Assembly (NCBI GenBank): GCA_030141605.1
Contig: JAQGDQ010002445.1
Span: 1-33,253, forward strand
DNA length: 33,253 nt
DNA from: Tubiluchus corallicola
Lineage: Eukaryota > Animalia > Priapulida
Direction: 5' to 3'
Part shown: piece after piece, positions 9,272 through 19,027 of the stretch
Layout: each line of letters opens with the position of its first letter
Position numbering within the stretch: position 1 is the first letter of the stretch
Position numbers and translations under genes: made by a program
The notes under the pieces: generated by a model
Database searches by the model: none
What the model was told of the DNA's origin: nothing
Seen by the model: only the letters and a program-made list of their open reading frames with translations

Positions 9272-9775
9272 TTAATATTTGTGTACTTCTAATTTGGCTT
9301 CTAACATATCTTTAAGCGTGTCAACACGCATATATTGCTTGAGTTTAAAGTTAAACTCAGTGTTTATGCTGTCAAATTTATAATCTTGAATCAATGTATC
9401 TACCACCTCTGTATACTCCCTGCCGCCCCAATTTCCCAATGGTTTACCTGTTTGATCAAATAAAGGAACACTTTTTAATATAGTGTCACCTTTGTATGAA
9501 TATTGTAAATAGATATTTCTATAAAGATAATTTAATTTAGGTTTTAAGTGAATCAATACGCAATATAAAGAAGTTGTATCGTTGGAGTGAAACTGTGCTG
9601 TGAAGCTATCACTATATATCCATTCGGCATTTGCAAATTCTTTTGCTTGTTCGTATACAGGTGCGGTGTTTTGACAGGAGTAAAATAAAACAAGGGCTAT
9701 TAATAAATGCTTTGATTTGCAAATATTTAACTTACATTTGTTTTTATAGTATAGTATCTTTTTAGTGCTTATCAT
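9272..9775 (-). CDS. gldH: Gliding motility lipoprotein GldH-like
   Basis: Lipobox (FYSC), Y.YRNIYL, LFDQTGKPLG and LKQYMRVDTL. Confidence 0.8.
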   Translation of the reverse strand: MISTKKILYYKNKCKLNICKSKHLLIALVLFYSCQNTAPVYEQAKEFANAEWIYSDSFTAQFHSNDTTSLYCVLIHLKPKLNYLYRNIYLQYSYKGDTILKSVPLFDQTGKPLGNWGGREYTEVVDTLIQDYKFDSINTEFNFKLKQYMRVDTLKDMLEAKLEVHKY

Positions 9776-9800
9776 AGTCTTTTTTACCTTTACACCAAAA

Positions 9801-9808
9801 CAAATATA
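9801..9808 (-). promoter_or_regulatory. Putative -7 element (TATATTTG)
   Basis: TAnnTTTG match 26 nt upstream of gldH. Confidence 0.45.
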
Positions 9809-10049
9809 TAAATTAAATGCGTCTACTACTTATAAATATTGATATTTTATGTTATAGAAAAATAATCTACGGATTGTAACTACCATTTGACAACTAATAC
9901 AATATGCTAAATGGATGAGTAATTGATAAAATTTATTCTAATTTGTGAAGAAAATTGAAAAAACAGACAAAAATCACTTTTCATTTCTTTATATTTTTTA
10001 TTTTGCGTTTAATTAATCTTTTAGCACCAGATCATAAAAAATTATAAAA

Positions 10050-13000
10050 ATGAAATATACGAAAAAAGTTTTAAAAATATTTCTAATAACCATCAGTTCA
10101 ATTTTTGCAATTATAATAGCTGCTGCAATCATTATACCTATTGTGTTTAAAGACGAAATACAGGAGCAGGTTCAGACAACGCTTGATGAGTCTGTAAATG
10201 CAAAGGTCTACTTTGATATAGACGACATAAGTATAAGCATGTTTAAGCACTTTCCGCACATTACGTTGTCATTGAAGAATTTTGGAGTTGCCAATCTTGA
10301 ACCATTTGAAGGAGACACCCTCCTTGCAGTTAAAAGTTTTGATGTTACAGTGGATTTGTTTAGCCTTTTTAGGGATGCGATTGTTGTAAATACCATAGAT
10401 TTGAACCAGCCTAACATTAAGGTGTCAGTACTAAAAAATGGTATAGCAAATTATGACATTGCTAAAAGCGACTCTGTGGCAGTGGAGGAGGAAAAAGAAG
10501 CCACGACTGATACTACAGCATCTGATTTTGCTATTAGCATAGAATCATGGTCTATTAGAAATGCTAATATTATTTATGATGATAGGTCTACCAACACTTA
10601 CGCCAAACTTAAGGGACTTACCCACACGGGTAAGGGAGACTTTACGCTGGATATTTTTGACTTGTCCACAAGAACAACCATAGAGGCAATGTTTGTTAAT
10701 TTTGAGGGAACAACATATTTGAATGGACAAACATTTTTTTCAGAATTGGTATTGAACATGAATATGCCTGAGATGAAGTTTGTATTTAAAAACAACCTTT
10801 TAAAGCTGAATGATTTTTCTTTTGCATTTGATGGCTTTTTTACTATGCTTGAAGATGATGGTTTTGATATGGATTTATCATTTTCTTCGCCAAATAATAG
10901 CATCAAACAGCTATACTCGTTAGTCCCAGGTGTATTTACAGAAGGGTTTGACGACATAAAAGCAGCAGGGAATTTAACATTTGGAGGGTATGCAAAAGGA
11001 GTCTATAAAGAAGAAAATTTGCCTCAATTTGAAGTAAAGTTACTTGTAGATAATGGAAAAATACAATATCCAAAATTACCTAAGTCTATTGATAACATTA
11101 GCATAGATTTTTCTGCAAAGAACACTTCGGGGGTATTGGAGAACACTATTGTGCATTTAAAAAATTTTCATGTTGATTTTGGTAGCAGTCCAGTTGATTT
11201 AAGTCTATTTGTTAAAAATTTAGAGCAATTTCCCATAGATGCTAGATTGAAGGCTAAATTAAACCTGGAAGAGTTGATGGAAATATACCCTATGGAAGAG
11301 TTAGAGGTAAAAGGAGAGTTAAGTATGGACATAAAAGCTAATGGAATTTATGACTCTGTTACAAATAAAATACCTAAAATAAATGGCTCAATTTACATGA
11401 AAAATGGGTTTGCTAAAAGCGTAGAGTTTCCAGAACCAATAGAAGATATTACATTAAATGCTACAATAAAGGGAGATGGAAAAATCAGTACAACTGTTTT
11501 TAATATGCCTACATTGACAATGAAAATGGACAAAGAGGAGTTTCGTGTTAAGTTATTGGTGGAAAATTTTGACGACTATACATGGGATATGGGGGTAAAA
11601 GGGAAATTAAATTTAGGAACTATCTCAGAAATATATAAAGTAGAAGGCATGAAGTATAAGGGGATAGCCGCATTTGATTTAGCAACGCAAGGAAGGTTTT
11701 CAGATGTGGAAGCAGAGAGGTATGATAAATTACCTACGAGAGGTAGTGTTGCTTTGAGCAATTTTGTCTTTGAAAGCGAAGATTTACCTGAGCCATTTAA
11801 TATAACGGCGGCACAATTGGTATTTGACCCAACTAAAATAGAGCTTGCCAAGTTCAACTCTTCATTAGGTGAGAGTGATTTTAATTTGTATGGGATAGTA
11901 ACAAATTATATGAACTATATATTTAAGGAGAATGAAGTAATAAAAGGAAAATTAGCCCTGAAATCTAATAATATTAATGTAAACCAGTTTTTATCGGCAG
12001 AAGAAGAAACACTTGCATCAAATGAGAAGGTAGCGGAGCCAGAAACTCCTTCTGATACAACTGCACTTGAAGCAACACAAATTCCTAGCAATATTGACGT
12101 TTTATTTACAACAGATATAAAGAAAATAAATTATGATGATTTATTGCTTACTAATGCAAAGGGCAGTATTAGTGTTAAAAACGGAGTGTTGGATATGAGC
12201 AATTTCTCTTTTGGTGTTATAGGGGGGGAAATTGTAATGACAGGAAAATATGACCCAAGAAATGTGGAAAGTCCCAACTATGTTTATGATTTAAATATGG
12301 ATAAAATGGCCATAGGAAAAGCAGTAGAAACGTTTTCTATTATAAAGCAGTATCTTCCTATCTCTTCAAGTGTTAAGGGAACGTTTTCTATGAAAATGAA
12401 AATAGGTGGAAGCTTAAACAAAAGCATGGAGCCTGTGTTTGAATCCATAAATAGCAATGGAGTGATTAAAATACATGATTTTGAAATGCAAACAAGTGAT
12501 ATGCTGCAACAAATTGGAAAACTTGCTAAAAATCAGTCTTTTGAAGGACCTATTGTGATGAAGGATCAAGATATTAGATATGAAATAGTTAATGGACGAC
12601 TGCACACAAAACCGTTTGATATTAATGTAAAGGGTAATAAAATTAACCTCACAGGAAGTGTTGGAGTAGACCAGTCGTTAGATTACGTTGCAAAGACGGA
12701 AATAAAAACAGGTGCAGCAGGGGAGGCTGCCTCCAATTTGCTTTCTCAGGTGGGAGTATCAGGCGTAAATACATCTACAGTAAAGGTGAATTTTAGAATT
12801 TCAGGCACATATGATGATATAAAGGTGGGGTTAGCTTCTGTTGAAGGAAAGCAAACGGAAGATGACAAGGCGGCTGCTAAAAAAGTGGTAGAAGACAAAG
12901 CCAAAGCAGAAGTAGAAAGGTTGAAAAAAGAGGCAGAAAAAAAGGCAAAAAAGGAAGCTGATAGATTGAAGAAGGAGGCAGAAGAAAAGGCGAAAAAAGA

Positions 13001-13109
13001 AGCTGATAGGTTGAAGAAAGAGGCAGAAGAAAAGGCGAAAAAGGAAGCTGATAGGCTGAAGAAAGAGGCAGAGAAGAAAGCAAAGGATGCTTTCAAGAAA
13101 TTATTTTAG
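10050..13109 (+). CDS. AsmA-like (bridge-type lipid transfer) family protein with a charged C-terminal repeat tail
   Basis: N-terminal TM anchor, AsmA-type N-terminus (NYDIAK), beta-rich body and AsmA-like C-terminus (GSVGVDQSLDY, ISGTYDD). Confidence 0.85.
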   Translation: MKYTKKVLKIFLITISSIFAIIIAAAIIIPIVFKDEIQEQVQTTLDESVNAKVYFDIDDISISMFKHFPHITLSLKNFGVANLEPFEGDTLLAVKSFDVTVDLFSLFRDAIVVNTIDLNQPNIKVSVLKNGIANYDIAKSDSVAVEEEKEATTDTTASDFAISIESWSIRNANIIYDDRSTNTYAKLKGLTHTGKGDFTLDIFDLSTRTTIEAMFVNFEGTTYLNGQTFFSELVLNMNMPEMKFVFKNNLLKLNDFSFAFDGFFTMLEDDGFDMDLSFSSPNNSIKQLYSLVPGVFTEGFDDIKAAGNLTFGGYAKGVYKEENLPQFEVKLLVDNGKIQYPKLPKSIDNISIDFSAKNTSGVLENTIVHLKNFHVDFGSSPVDLSLFVKNLEQFPIDARLKAKLNLEELMEIYPMEELEVKGELSMDIKANGIYDSVTNKIPKINGSIYMKNGFAKSVEFPEPIEDITLNATIKGDGKISTTVFNMPTLTMKMDKEEFRVKLLVENFDDYTWDMGVKGKLNLGTISEIYKVEGMKYKGIAAFDLATQGRFSDVEAERYDKLPTRGSVALSNFVFESEDLPEPFNITAAQLVFDPTKIELAKFNSSLGESDFNLYGIVTNYMNYIFKENEVIKGKLALKSNNINVNQFLSAEEETLASNEKVAEPETPSDTTALEATQIPSNIDVLFTTDIKKINYDDLLLTNAKGSISVKNGVLDMSNFSFGVIGGEIVMTGKYDPRNVESPNYVYDLNMDKMAIGKAVETFSIIKQYLPISSSVKGTFSMKMKIGGSLNKSMEPVFESINSNGVIKIHDFEMQTSDMLQQIGKLAKNQSFEGPIVMKDQDIRYEIVNGRLHTKPFDINVKGNKINLTGSVGVDQSLDYVAKTEIKTGAAGEAASNLLSQVGVSGVNTSTVKVNFRISGTYDDIKVGLASVEGKQTEDDKAAAKKVVEDKAKAEVERLKKEAEKKAKKEADRLKKEAEEKAKKEADRLKKEAEEKAKKEADRLKKEAEKKAKDAFKKLF
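12918..13085 (+). repeat. 45-bp tandem repeat, ~3.7 copies, encoding RLKKEAE(E/K)KAKKEAD
   Basis: Units start at 12918, 12963, 13008 and 13053 (partial) and differ mainly at synonymous sites. Confidence 0.95.
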
Positions 13110-13158
13110 AATATAAGGCTACACACCCCTCTGCTTTACACAATATAAGGTAGGAGAG

Positions 13159-13428
13159 CTACGAGTAGTTTGATCTGATGTCATTAAATAAAAGTTTGTT
13201 TTTTTTACTTAATTTGCTTTCGTCTATTTCAATATTTTTTATTATTTCCAATAAACAGTTTATTTTTCCTTCTAGTGGGTAGAACTTATTTACTACTGCT
13301 ACTTTTGTTTTTTTTAGTATGCAATATCCTGCTTTAAACTCTCCTTTTTCATATCTTAACATATATTCAGACTCAGAGAACATATCTTCCAGTTTGTTAA
13401 GAAAGTTTTTAGTATACTTTATGTCCAT
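13159..13428 (-). CDS. Conserved hypothetical Bacteroidota protein
   Basis: L.KLE......Y.LRYEKG.FKAGYCIL....V.VVNKF...EGKIN.L pattern; lies 6 nt downstream of purA. Confidence 0.8.
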   Translation of the reverse strand: MDIKYTKNFLNKLEDMFSESEYMLRYEKGEFKAGYCILKKTKVAVVNKFYPLEGKINCLLEIIKNIEIDESKLSKKNKLLFNDIRSNYS

Positions 13429-13434
13429 ACCATA

Positions 13435-14724
13435 CTACTTAATGAAAATAGTACTGTTTCTATTGGCACCTATGGATATTATTTTTATGGGTACGTTTAG
13501 CTTTTGTTCAACAAACTTCATATATCCATTAAGATTTTCACAGCTTGGAAGTGTTTGTTGAGTTGCATTTGTATCTATTGGAGGGAGATTCCATCCTTTA
13601 AGAGGTTGGTATACTACCTCTTTTATATCATTGTCTAGGCGATAAGGTACTTCTTCGGTAGAGCTTCCGTTTTGTAATTTATAATGAGTTCCAACATTTA
13701 CTTCTTCAAAACCAGATAAAACGTCTACTTTTGTAATTATTAATTTGTTAACCCCATTAATCATAATAGCATATTTGAGAGCTGGTATATCCATCCACCC
13801 ACATCGCCTACTTCGTCCTGTTGTTGCCCCGTACTCATTTCCTGCTGTTCTTATTTTTTCGCCTATATCACTGTTAAGCTCTGTGGGAAAAGGTCCTTTG
13901 CCTACTCTTGTACAATATGATTTACTGATTCCGTAGACGTCTCCCACATTGGCAGGGGCAATGCCCAACCCTGTGCATACTCCTGCAGCAGAGGTAGTTG
14001 AACTTGTTACAAATGGGTAAGTGCCAAAGTTTATATCTAACATTGTGCCTTGTGCACCTTCGGCTAACACCTTTTTCTTTTTTCGTAACAAATCATTGAT
14101 TAGGTACTCTGTGTTGATAATATTCTGTTGTCGTAAAAAATCTATAGCACTAAAAAAATCTTCTTCTAACTGTTCTAATTCTTTGTAATCATATTGATAT
14201 ATTTCTTCTAGTAGTTTTTTGTGATTGGCGACTACATGGTCGTACTTTTTTTGAAATAATTGTTTATTCAATATATCTCCCACCCTTATACTGGTTCTTG
14301 CAAACTTTTCTTGATAAGTAGGTCCAATCCCTTTAAGTGTACAGCCAACTTTATTTTCTCCTTTTTGTTGTTCAGTAGCTTTGTCTAACATTATATGGGA
14401 AGGAAGTATCAAATGTGCTCGTGCAGATATGAACATTTTTTTTTGAACATCAATGTTAAAAGGAGATAATCCTTCAATTTCTTTTTTTAATCCCACTGCA
14501 TCCACTACCACACCGTTTCCTATAATGTTAATAGTATGTTCAGAGAAAATTCCTGACGGTATTTGATGTAACACATGTTTAACATTACCAAATTCTAATG
14601 TATGTCCAGCATTTGGTCCTCCTTGAAACCTAGCTACAACATCATATTTTTTTGCCAACACGTCTACAATTTTTCCTTTCCCTTCGTCTCCCCATTGCAA
14701 TCCTAAAAGAACATCAACTTTCAT
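13435..14724 (-). CDS. purA: Adenylosuccinate synthetase
   Basis: GLQWGDEGKGK, RFQGGPNAGHT, EGAQG, GTYPFVTSS and EYGATTGR.RRCGW. Confidence 0.99.
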   Translation of the reverse strand: MKVDVLLGLQWGDEGKGKIVDVLAKKYDVVARFQGGPNAGHTLEFGNVKHVLHQIPSGIFSEHTINIIGNGVVVDAVGLKKEIEGLSPFNIDVQKKMFISARAHLILPSHIMLDKATEQQKGENKVGCTLKGIGPTYQEKFARTSIRVGDILNKQLFQKKYDHVVANHKKLLEEIYQYDYKELEQLEEDFFSAIDFLRQQNIINTEYLINDLLRKKKKVLAEGAQGTMLDINFGTYPFVTSSTTSAAGVCTGLGIAPANVGDVYGISKSYCTRVGKGPFPTELNSDIGEKIRTAGNEYGATTGRSRRCGWMDIPALKYAIMINGVNKLIITKVDVLSGFEEVNVGTHYKLQNGSSTEEVPYRLDNDIKEVVYQPLKGWNLPPIDTNATQQTLPSCENLNGYMKFVEQKLNVPIKIISIGANRNSTIFIK

Positions 14725-15071
14725 TAGAAATATTTTTTTTTAATTCATTAATAGCAATCTTTTCTGTATCAAAAGATTTAAACATTGTTTTTAATTTGGT
14801 AATTAATAATATCTCATTAACTTTTTTTGATGGGCTGACCAATGCCATTTCTCCCTCTTTATTGCGGCATTTTGTCAATATTCTCAACAACAGTCCAAGC
14901 CCCATACTATTTATTAATTGAACATTAGTAATATCTACTACAGTGAACAATATTTTTACCCAAATACTCATTTATGATATTGAGTATCTGTTCTTGTTTG
15001 TTGTCACTTAATAGAGTACTGCAGATTTTAAGCACAGCCACATTATCAATATAGTGATGGGATATTTCCAT
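14714..15071 (-). pseudogene. STAS-domain anti-sigma-factor antagonist, frameshifted near 14940
   Basis: ATG 15071 gives MEISHHYIDNVAVLKI...EYLGKNIVHC, then the STAS core VVDITNVQLINSMGLGLL...LLITKL continues in another frame. The span is 358 nt (3n+1). It may be a sequencing error rather than a true pseudogene. Confidence 0.75.
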
Positions 15072-15169
15072 ATAAATAAATTTTTAAACAAGAACTAAGG
15101 GGTTATAAAGCTCATGTTTTATGATTTTTCAAAGATTAGAATTTATAATTAAAAAAGCAAGTGTTACAA

Positions 15170-15439
15170 TTACTTTTTGTTGCACTTGTTTATAGAAGGC
15201 GGTACAGGATCATAGCCACTTCCGCCCCATGGATGACATGACAGTATGCGTTTTATAGAAAGAAAAAGCCCTGTAAACAGTCCATGTTTTTTTAATGCTT
15301 CTATGGCGTAGTGAGAGCAAGTAGGGGAATATCTACATGAAGTCCCTAATATTGGCGATAACAGGTATTGATATAGCTTTATTAATACAATGGCCAAAAT
15401 GGAAAAAATAAAACCTACCAATCGTATTATTTTCTTCAT
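15170..15439 (-). CDS. yidD: Membrane protein insertion efficiency factor
   Basis: YQ..LSP....[17 protein letters not shown]...[20 protein letters not shown]. Confidence 0.96.
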   Translation of the reverse strand: MKKIIRLVGFIFSILAIVLIKLYQYLLSPILGTSCRYSPTCSHYAIEALKKHGLFTGLFLSIKRILSCHPWGGSGYDPVPPSINKCNKK

Positions 15440-15472
15440 AATTTATTTAGCATCTTTTCTCCGTAATAAATT

Positions 15473-15505
15473 AAAAAAGATACGCTTTTTATACGTATCT
15501 TTTTT
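15473..15505. terminator. Probable intrinsic terminator (bidirectional-looking) downstream of the Hc1-like gene
   Basis: Perfect 12-bp inverted repeat AAAAAAGATACG-(9 nt)-CGTATCTTTTTT. Confidence 0.65.
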
Positions 15506-15530
15506 GTGAAAATCGTTTTCTTATAGAAAT

Positions 15531-15710
15531 CTACGAAGACTTATTTTTTGTTTCTTGTACTTCAACACGTATCTCTTGTGCTAAATTTTTTAATTGCTGC
15601 ATGCCTTTTCTTATTCGTGTGCCAGCAGACTGATTATCTTTGCTATAAAACTTTTGGAAATCACCTTCCAGAGACATAATTAGATCTCTTACTTGATCAA
15701 ATCTTTTCAT
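15531..15710 (-). CDS. Small histone H1-like (Hc1-type) protein, 59 aa
   Basis: Not in the ORF track. Manual translation: MKRFDQVRDLIMSLEGDFQKFYSKDNQSAGTRIRKGMQQLKNLAQEIRVEVQETKNKSS, with the family N..AGTR.RK....LK..AQ..R motif. Confidence 0.9.
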   Translation of the reverse strand: MKRFDQVRDLIMSLEGDFQKFYSKDNQSAGTRIRKGMQQLKNLAQEIRVEVQETKNKSS

Positions 15711-15755
15711 AATATTTCTTCTTTTAGTTTGTTTTAATTATTTATTTAAAGTAAT

Positions 15756-17002
15756 CTATACAATAGATAATTCTTTTCCTTGATAGGCACCCTTTTTTAG
15801 CTTATCGCTTATGGATATAAAGGCGTCTATAGTTTTTTCTACATCTTTTTGTGTGTGAACTGCAGTAGGGATCAACCGCAGCATTATAACTCCTTTAGGT
15901 ATAACAGGATAAATTACTCCTGAACAAAAGATGTTGTGATTTTCTCTTATGTCGCGTATCATGCGAGCTGTTTCTATTGGCAACCCATTCATAAACACAG
16001 GAGTTACGGGTGATTCTGTTGTACTTAATGTTGAATCCACTTTGTTTTAACCCTTTTTGTAGGCTTTTAACTATTTCCCACAAATTATCTTTTAACTCTG
16101 GCAGCGTTTGTAACAACTCTAACCTTTTTAATGCTCCTATAACCATTGGTAGCGGAAGAGTTTTTGCGAATATTTGAGACCGCATATCAAACCTCAAATA
16201 TTTGATTATCTCCTTATTGCCCCCTACAAAAGCGCCTATGCCTGCCATAGATTTAGCAAAAGTTGAAAAATACAAGTCAATGTCGTTTTGTACGTTTTGA
16301 AGCTCGCCTACACCAGCACCTGTTGCCCCCATTGTGCCAAAGCCGTGGGCGTCGTCTACGAGTAGTCTGAAATTGTATTTACGCTTTAACTCTGTAATTT
16401 TTTTTATATTTCCGACGTTGCCAGACATGCCAAAAACGCCTTCTGTTATTACTAAAATCCCTCCTTTATTTTCATTGTCTTTAAGGTATTTAGTAGCACG
16501 AATGAGCTGTTTTTCTAAGTTTTCTATGTTGTTATGCGCAAAAACAAATTTTTTACACAATTGCATGCGTAAACCGTCAATAATGCAAGCATGTGATTCT
16601 GCATCGTATATCACTGCATCATGTCGATCAAGCATACTGTCAACAATGGAAACAATTTATGATACCCATAGTTCCATAACGTACACTCTCTTTTTTGATA
16701 AAAGCGGCTAATTTTTCTTCTAACTCTTCGTGATATTTGCTATTGCCTGACATTATTCGCGCCCCCATAGGGTATGCTAATCCCCATTTTTTTGTGGCTT
16801 CGCTATCTGCTTTTTTTACCTCAGGGTGGTTAGCTAAACCTAAATAATTATTTAAACTCCAAGTAAGAACTTCTTTGCCATTAAACATCATTTTTGGCTT
16901 AATATCTCCTGTAAGCTTAGGAAACATGAAATAGCCCTCTAGCACATCTGCATATGCCCCTAACGGAGTTTTTGATACGGAACGTTTACCAAATATATCC
17001 AC
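15756..17002 (-). pseudogene. PLP-dependent alpha-oxoamine synthase, probably cysteate acyltransferase (SulA/CapB, sulfonolipid synthesis); frameshifted
   Basis: Three collinear ORF pieces: GYFMFPKL, WSLNNYLGLANHP, YDAESHACIIDG, EGVFGM, VDDAHGFG, TFAKS (PLP Lys), RSQIFAK, SPVTPV, LRLIPTA.H. Breaks at ~16655-16690 and ~16027. Confidence 0.8.
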
Positions 17003-17031
17003 AGTTTGATTGAATTTTAGTCATTAATAAA

Positions 17032-17039
17032 CAAATATA
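17032..17039 (-). promoter_or_regulatory. Putative -7 element (TATATTTG)
   Basis: TAnnTTTG match 30 nt upstream of the GTG start at 17002. Confidence 0.45.
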
Positions 17040-17229
17040 ATGTTAATAATTTAATTTTCAAAATATTAATTAATTTTATTTGTGACTTATTTATTGTAAA
17101 TAAAGTAACTATAATTAATTGTATTTTAATATTAAATTAAAGATATTTTTTCTAAATTTGTTAGAAGCAAATCTAATTATTGTAAATGAATTATCCAAAA
17201 AAATAAAAAGAAAAAATTATTATTTACCT

Positions 17230-18927
17230 GTGAAAAACCAAGTTTTTTCTATTCTGTTATTTGTTTTCTTCTCGTCTAATATTAATGCGCAAGTGCTACC
17301 GCTTCAAGAAAATGACGTGGAACATAAAAGTGTTGAGAAGCATTATAAACGTGCTGATTTGCTTAGTGGTGGGCGCTCAAAAAATAGGGGCACTTTTGAT
17401 GTTAAGTTTTATCATTTAGATATAGACGTTGATATTGATAACAAGTTTATTAGAGGATATAATAAAATAGGATTTTTGGCTGTGCAGCAAGTAGACAAAA
17501 TACAATTAGATTTATTTGCCAACATGCAAATATATAAGGTTTTTTTTCAAGATAGTATAGAATTAGAGTTTGAAAGAGACTTTAATACTTTTTGGGTCTT
17601 TTTTAAAGAGGTATTAAAGAAAAATGAATTTTATGACATAAAAGTACTTTTTGGTGGAACTCCAATTGAAGCAGAAAGCCCTCCATGGGATGGTGGATTT
17701 GTATGGAAAAAAGACCAACTTGAAAACCATTGGATTGGGGTAACAACAGAAGGTATTGGAGCATCAGTTTGGTTTCCTAATAAAGATCATTGGGCATATA
17801 AGGCTGATAGTGCAAGAATAAGTGTTTCTGTGCCATACGATTATGTATGTGTATCTAATGGACAATTTGTTGGAGAAGAAAAACAAGAAGAAAAAACCAA
17901 ATATCATTGGTTGGTAACTTATCCCATTAATAATTACAACATTACACTAAACATAGGAAAATATGTTAGAATAGATGATACAATTCTTGTGGAAGGTCAA
18001 GAACGTAAATTAATTTACTATGTAATGCCTTATAATGAGAAAAAGGCTATAAAATATTTTAAGAAAGAAGTCCAGCCCATGTTTTATTGTTTTGAAAAAC
18101 ATTTTGGACATTATCCATTTTATAATGATGGATATAAAATAGTAGAGACTTACTACCTAGGAATGGAGCATCAAAGTGCCATTGCCTATGGCAATAACTT
18201 TGAGAATGGATATAGAGGCAAATCACATTCGCCCATAGGGTTGAGGTTTGATTTATTATTGCTTCATGAATCAGGCCATGAATGGTGGGGTAATAGTGTT
18301 ACTGCATCAAATATTACTGATATGTGGATACATGAAAGTTTCACAACATATTCCGAAGCTATCTATGTAGAGTATAGATGGGGCTATGATGATGCAATGA
18401 AGTATGCTGATGCGTGGAAAGAACTGGTGCAAAATCAAGAGCCAATTGTGGGGACATATAACATGCGAGAAAAAAAACTTTCTACAGATATGTATTATAA
18501 GGGGGCGTTGGTGCTTAACATGTTAAGATATGTTTTAGATAATGATGATATGTGGTTTGGCATGTTAAAAAATATGCAGAGCCAGTTTCAATATCAAACT
18601 GTCGATTATGATGATGTAGTAAATTTTGTTAATGAACAGACTCAACAAGACTTTAATGCTGTTTTTGAGCAATATCTTAAACATAGCACCTTGCCTAAAT
18701 TGAAGTTGAAATTAAAAAAACAAAAAAAAGATGTAGAAATGGAATATTTTTGGGAAGCAGAAACAAAAAAATTCAATCTTCCTATTAGGATATATGTATC
18801 AAAAAGCAAGTTTGTTGAAATTCTGCCAAGTACTTTGGAGTGGCAGAAAGTGGTATTGAAAGATACAAAAATTGAAGAAATAAATATACCTAAGCAATAT
18901 TACATAGATGTAAATATTGAAAAATGA
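17230..18927 (+). CDS. M1 family zinc aminopeptidase, secreted
   Basis: GMEHQS exopeptidase motif, HESGHEWWGN followed by WIHESF, and catalytic MYYKGA. The in-frame GTG at 17230 precedes a signal peptide; the ORF opens at 17119. Confidence 0.92.
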   Translation: MKNQVFSILLFVFFSSNINAQVLPLQENDVEHKSVEKHYKRADLLSGGRSKNRGTFDVKFYHLDIDVDIDNKFIRGYNKIGFLAVQQVDKIQLDLFANMQIYKVFFQDSIELEFERDFNTFWVFFKEVLKKNEFYDIKVLFGGTPIEAESPPWDGGFVWKKDQLENHWIGVTTEGIGASVWFPNKDHWAYKADSARISVSVPYDYVCVSNGQFVGEEKQEEKTKYHWLVTYPINNYNITLNIGKYVRIDDTILVEGQERKLIYYVMPYNEKKAIKYFKKEVQPMFYCFEKHFGHYPFYNDGYKIVETYYLGMEHQSAIAYGNNFENGYRGKSHSPIGLRFDLLLLHESGHEWWGNSVTASNITDMWIHESFTTYSEAIYVEYRWGYDDAMKYADAWKELVQNQEPIVGTYNMREKKLSTDMYYKGALVLNMLRYVLDNDDMWFGMLKNMQSQFQYQTVDYDDVVNFVNEQTQQDFNAVFEQYLKHSTLPKLKLKLKKQKKDVEMEYFWEAETKKFNLPIRIYVSKSKFVEILPSTLEWQKVVLKDTKIEEINIPKQYYIDVNIEK

Positions 18928-18965
18928 TTTTTTGATTTTATTGAGTTATATTCTTAGTAGATGGT

Positions 18966-18973
18966 TATTTTTG
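18966..18973 (+). promoter_or_regulatory. Putative -7 element (TATTTTTG), with TTG about 22 nt upstream
   Basis: Bacteroidota promoter consensus about 55 nt before yebC. Confidence 0.5.
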
Positions 18974-19027
18974 CATATTAATTAAATTATAGTAAAATTT
19001 TATTCAAGATTAAAAATTAGACAAACT

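Noticed and set aside
12746-13096. Phe/Ser/Ala-rich and Leu/Pro-rich minus-strand ORFs
   Set aside because: Antisense shadows of the 45-bp repeat in the AsmA-like gene.
13110-13158. Direct repeat AATATAAGG (2x) and a weak hairpin between convergent genes
   Set aside because: Too short and too dependent on G-U pairs to call a terminator or an insertion scar.
17119-17229. N-terminal extension of the M1 peptidase
   Set aside because: AT-rich upstream sequence that is open by chance; the signal peptide starts at GTG 17230.
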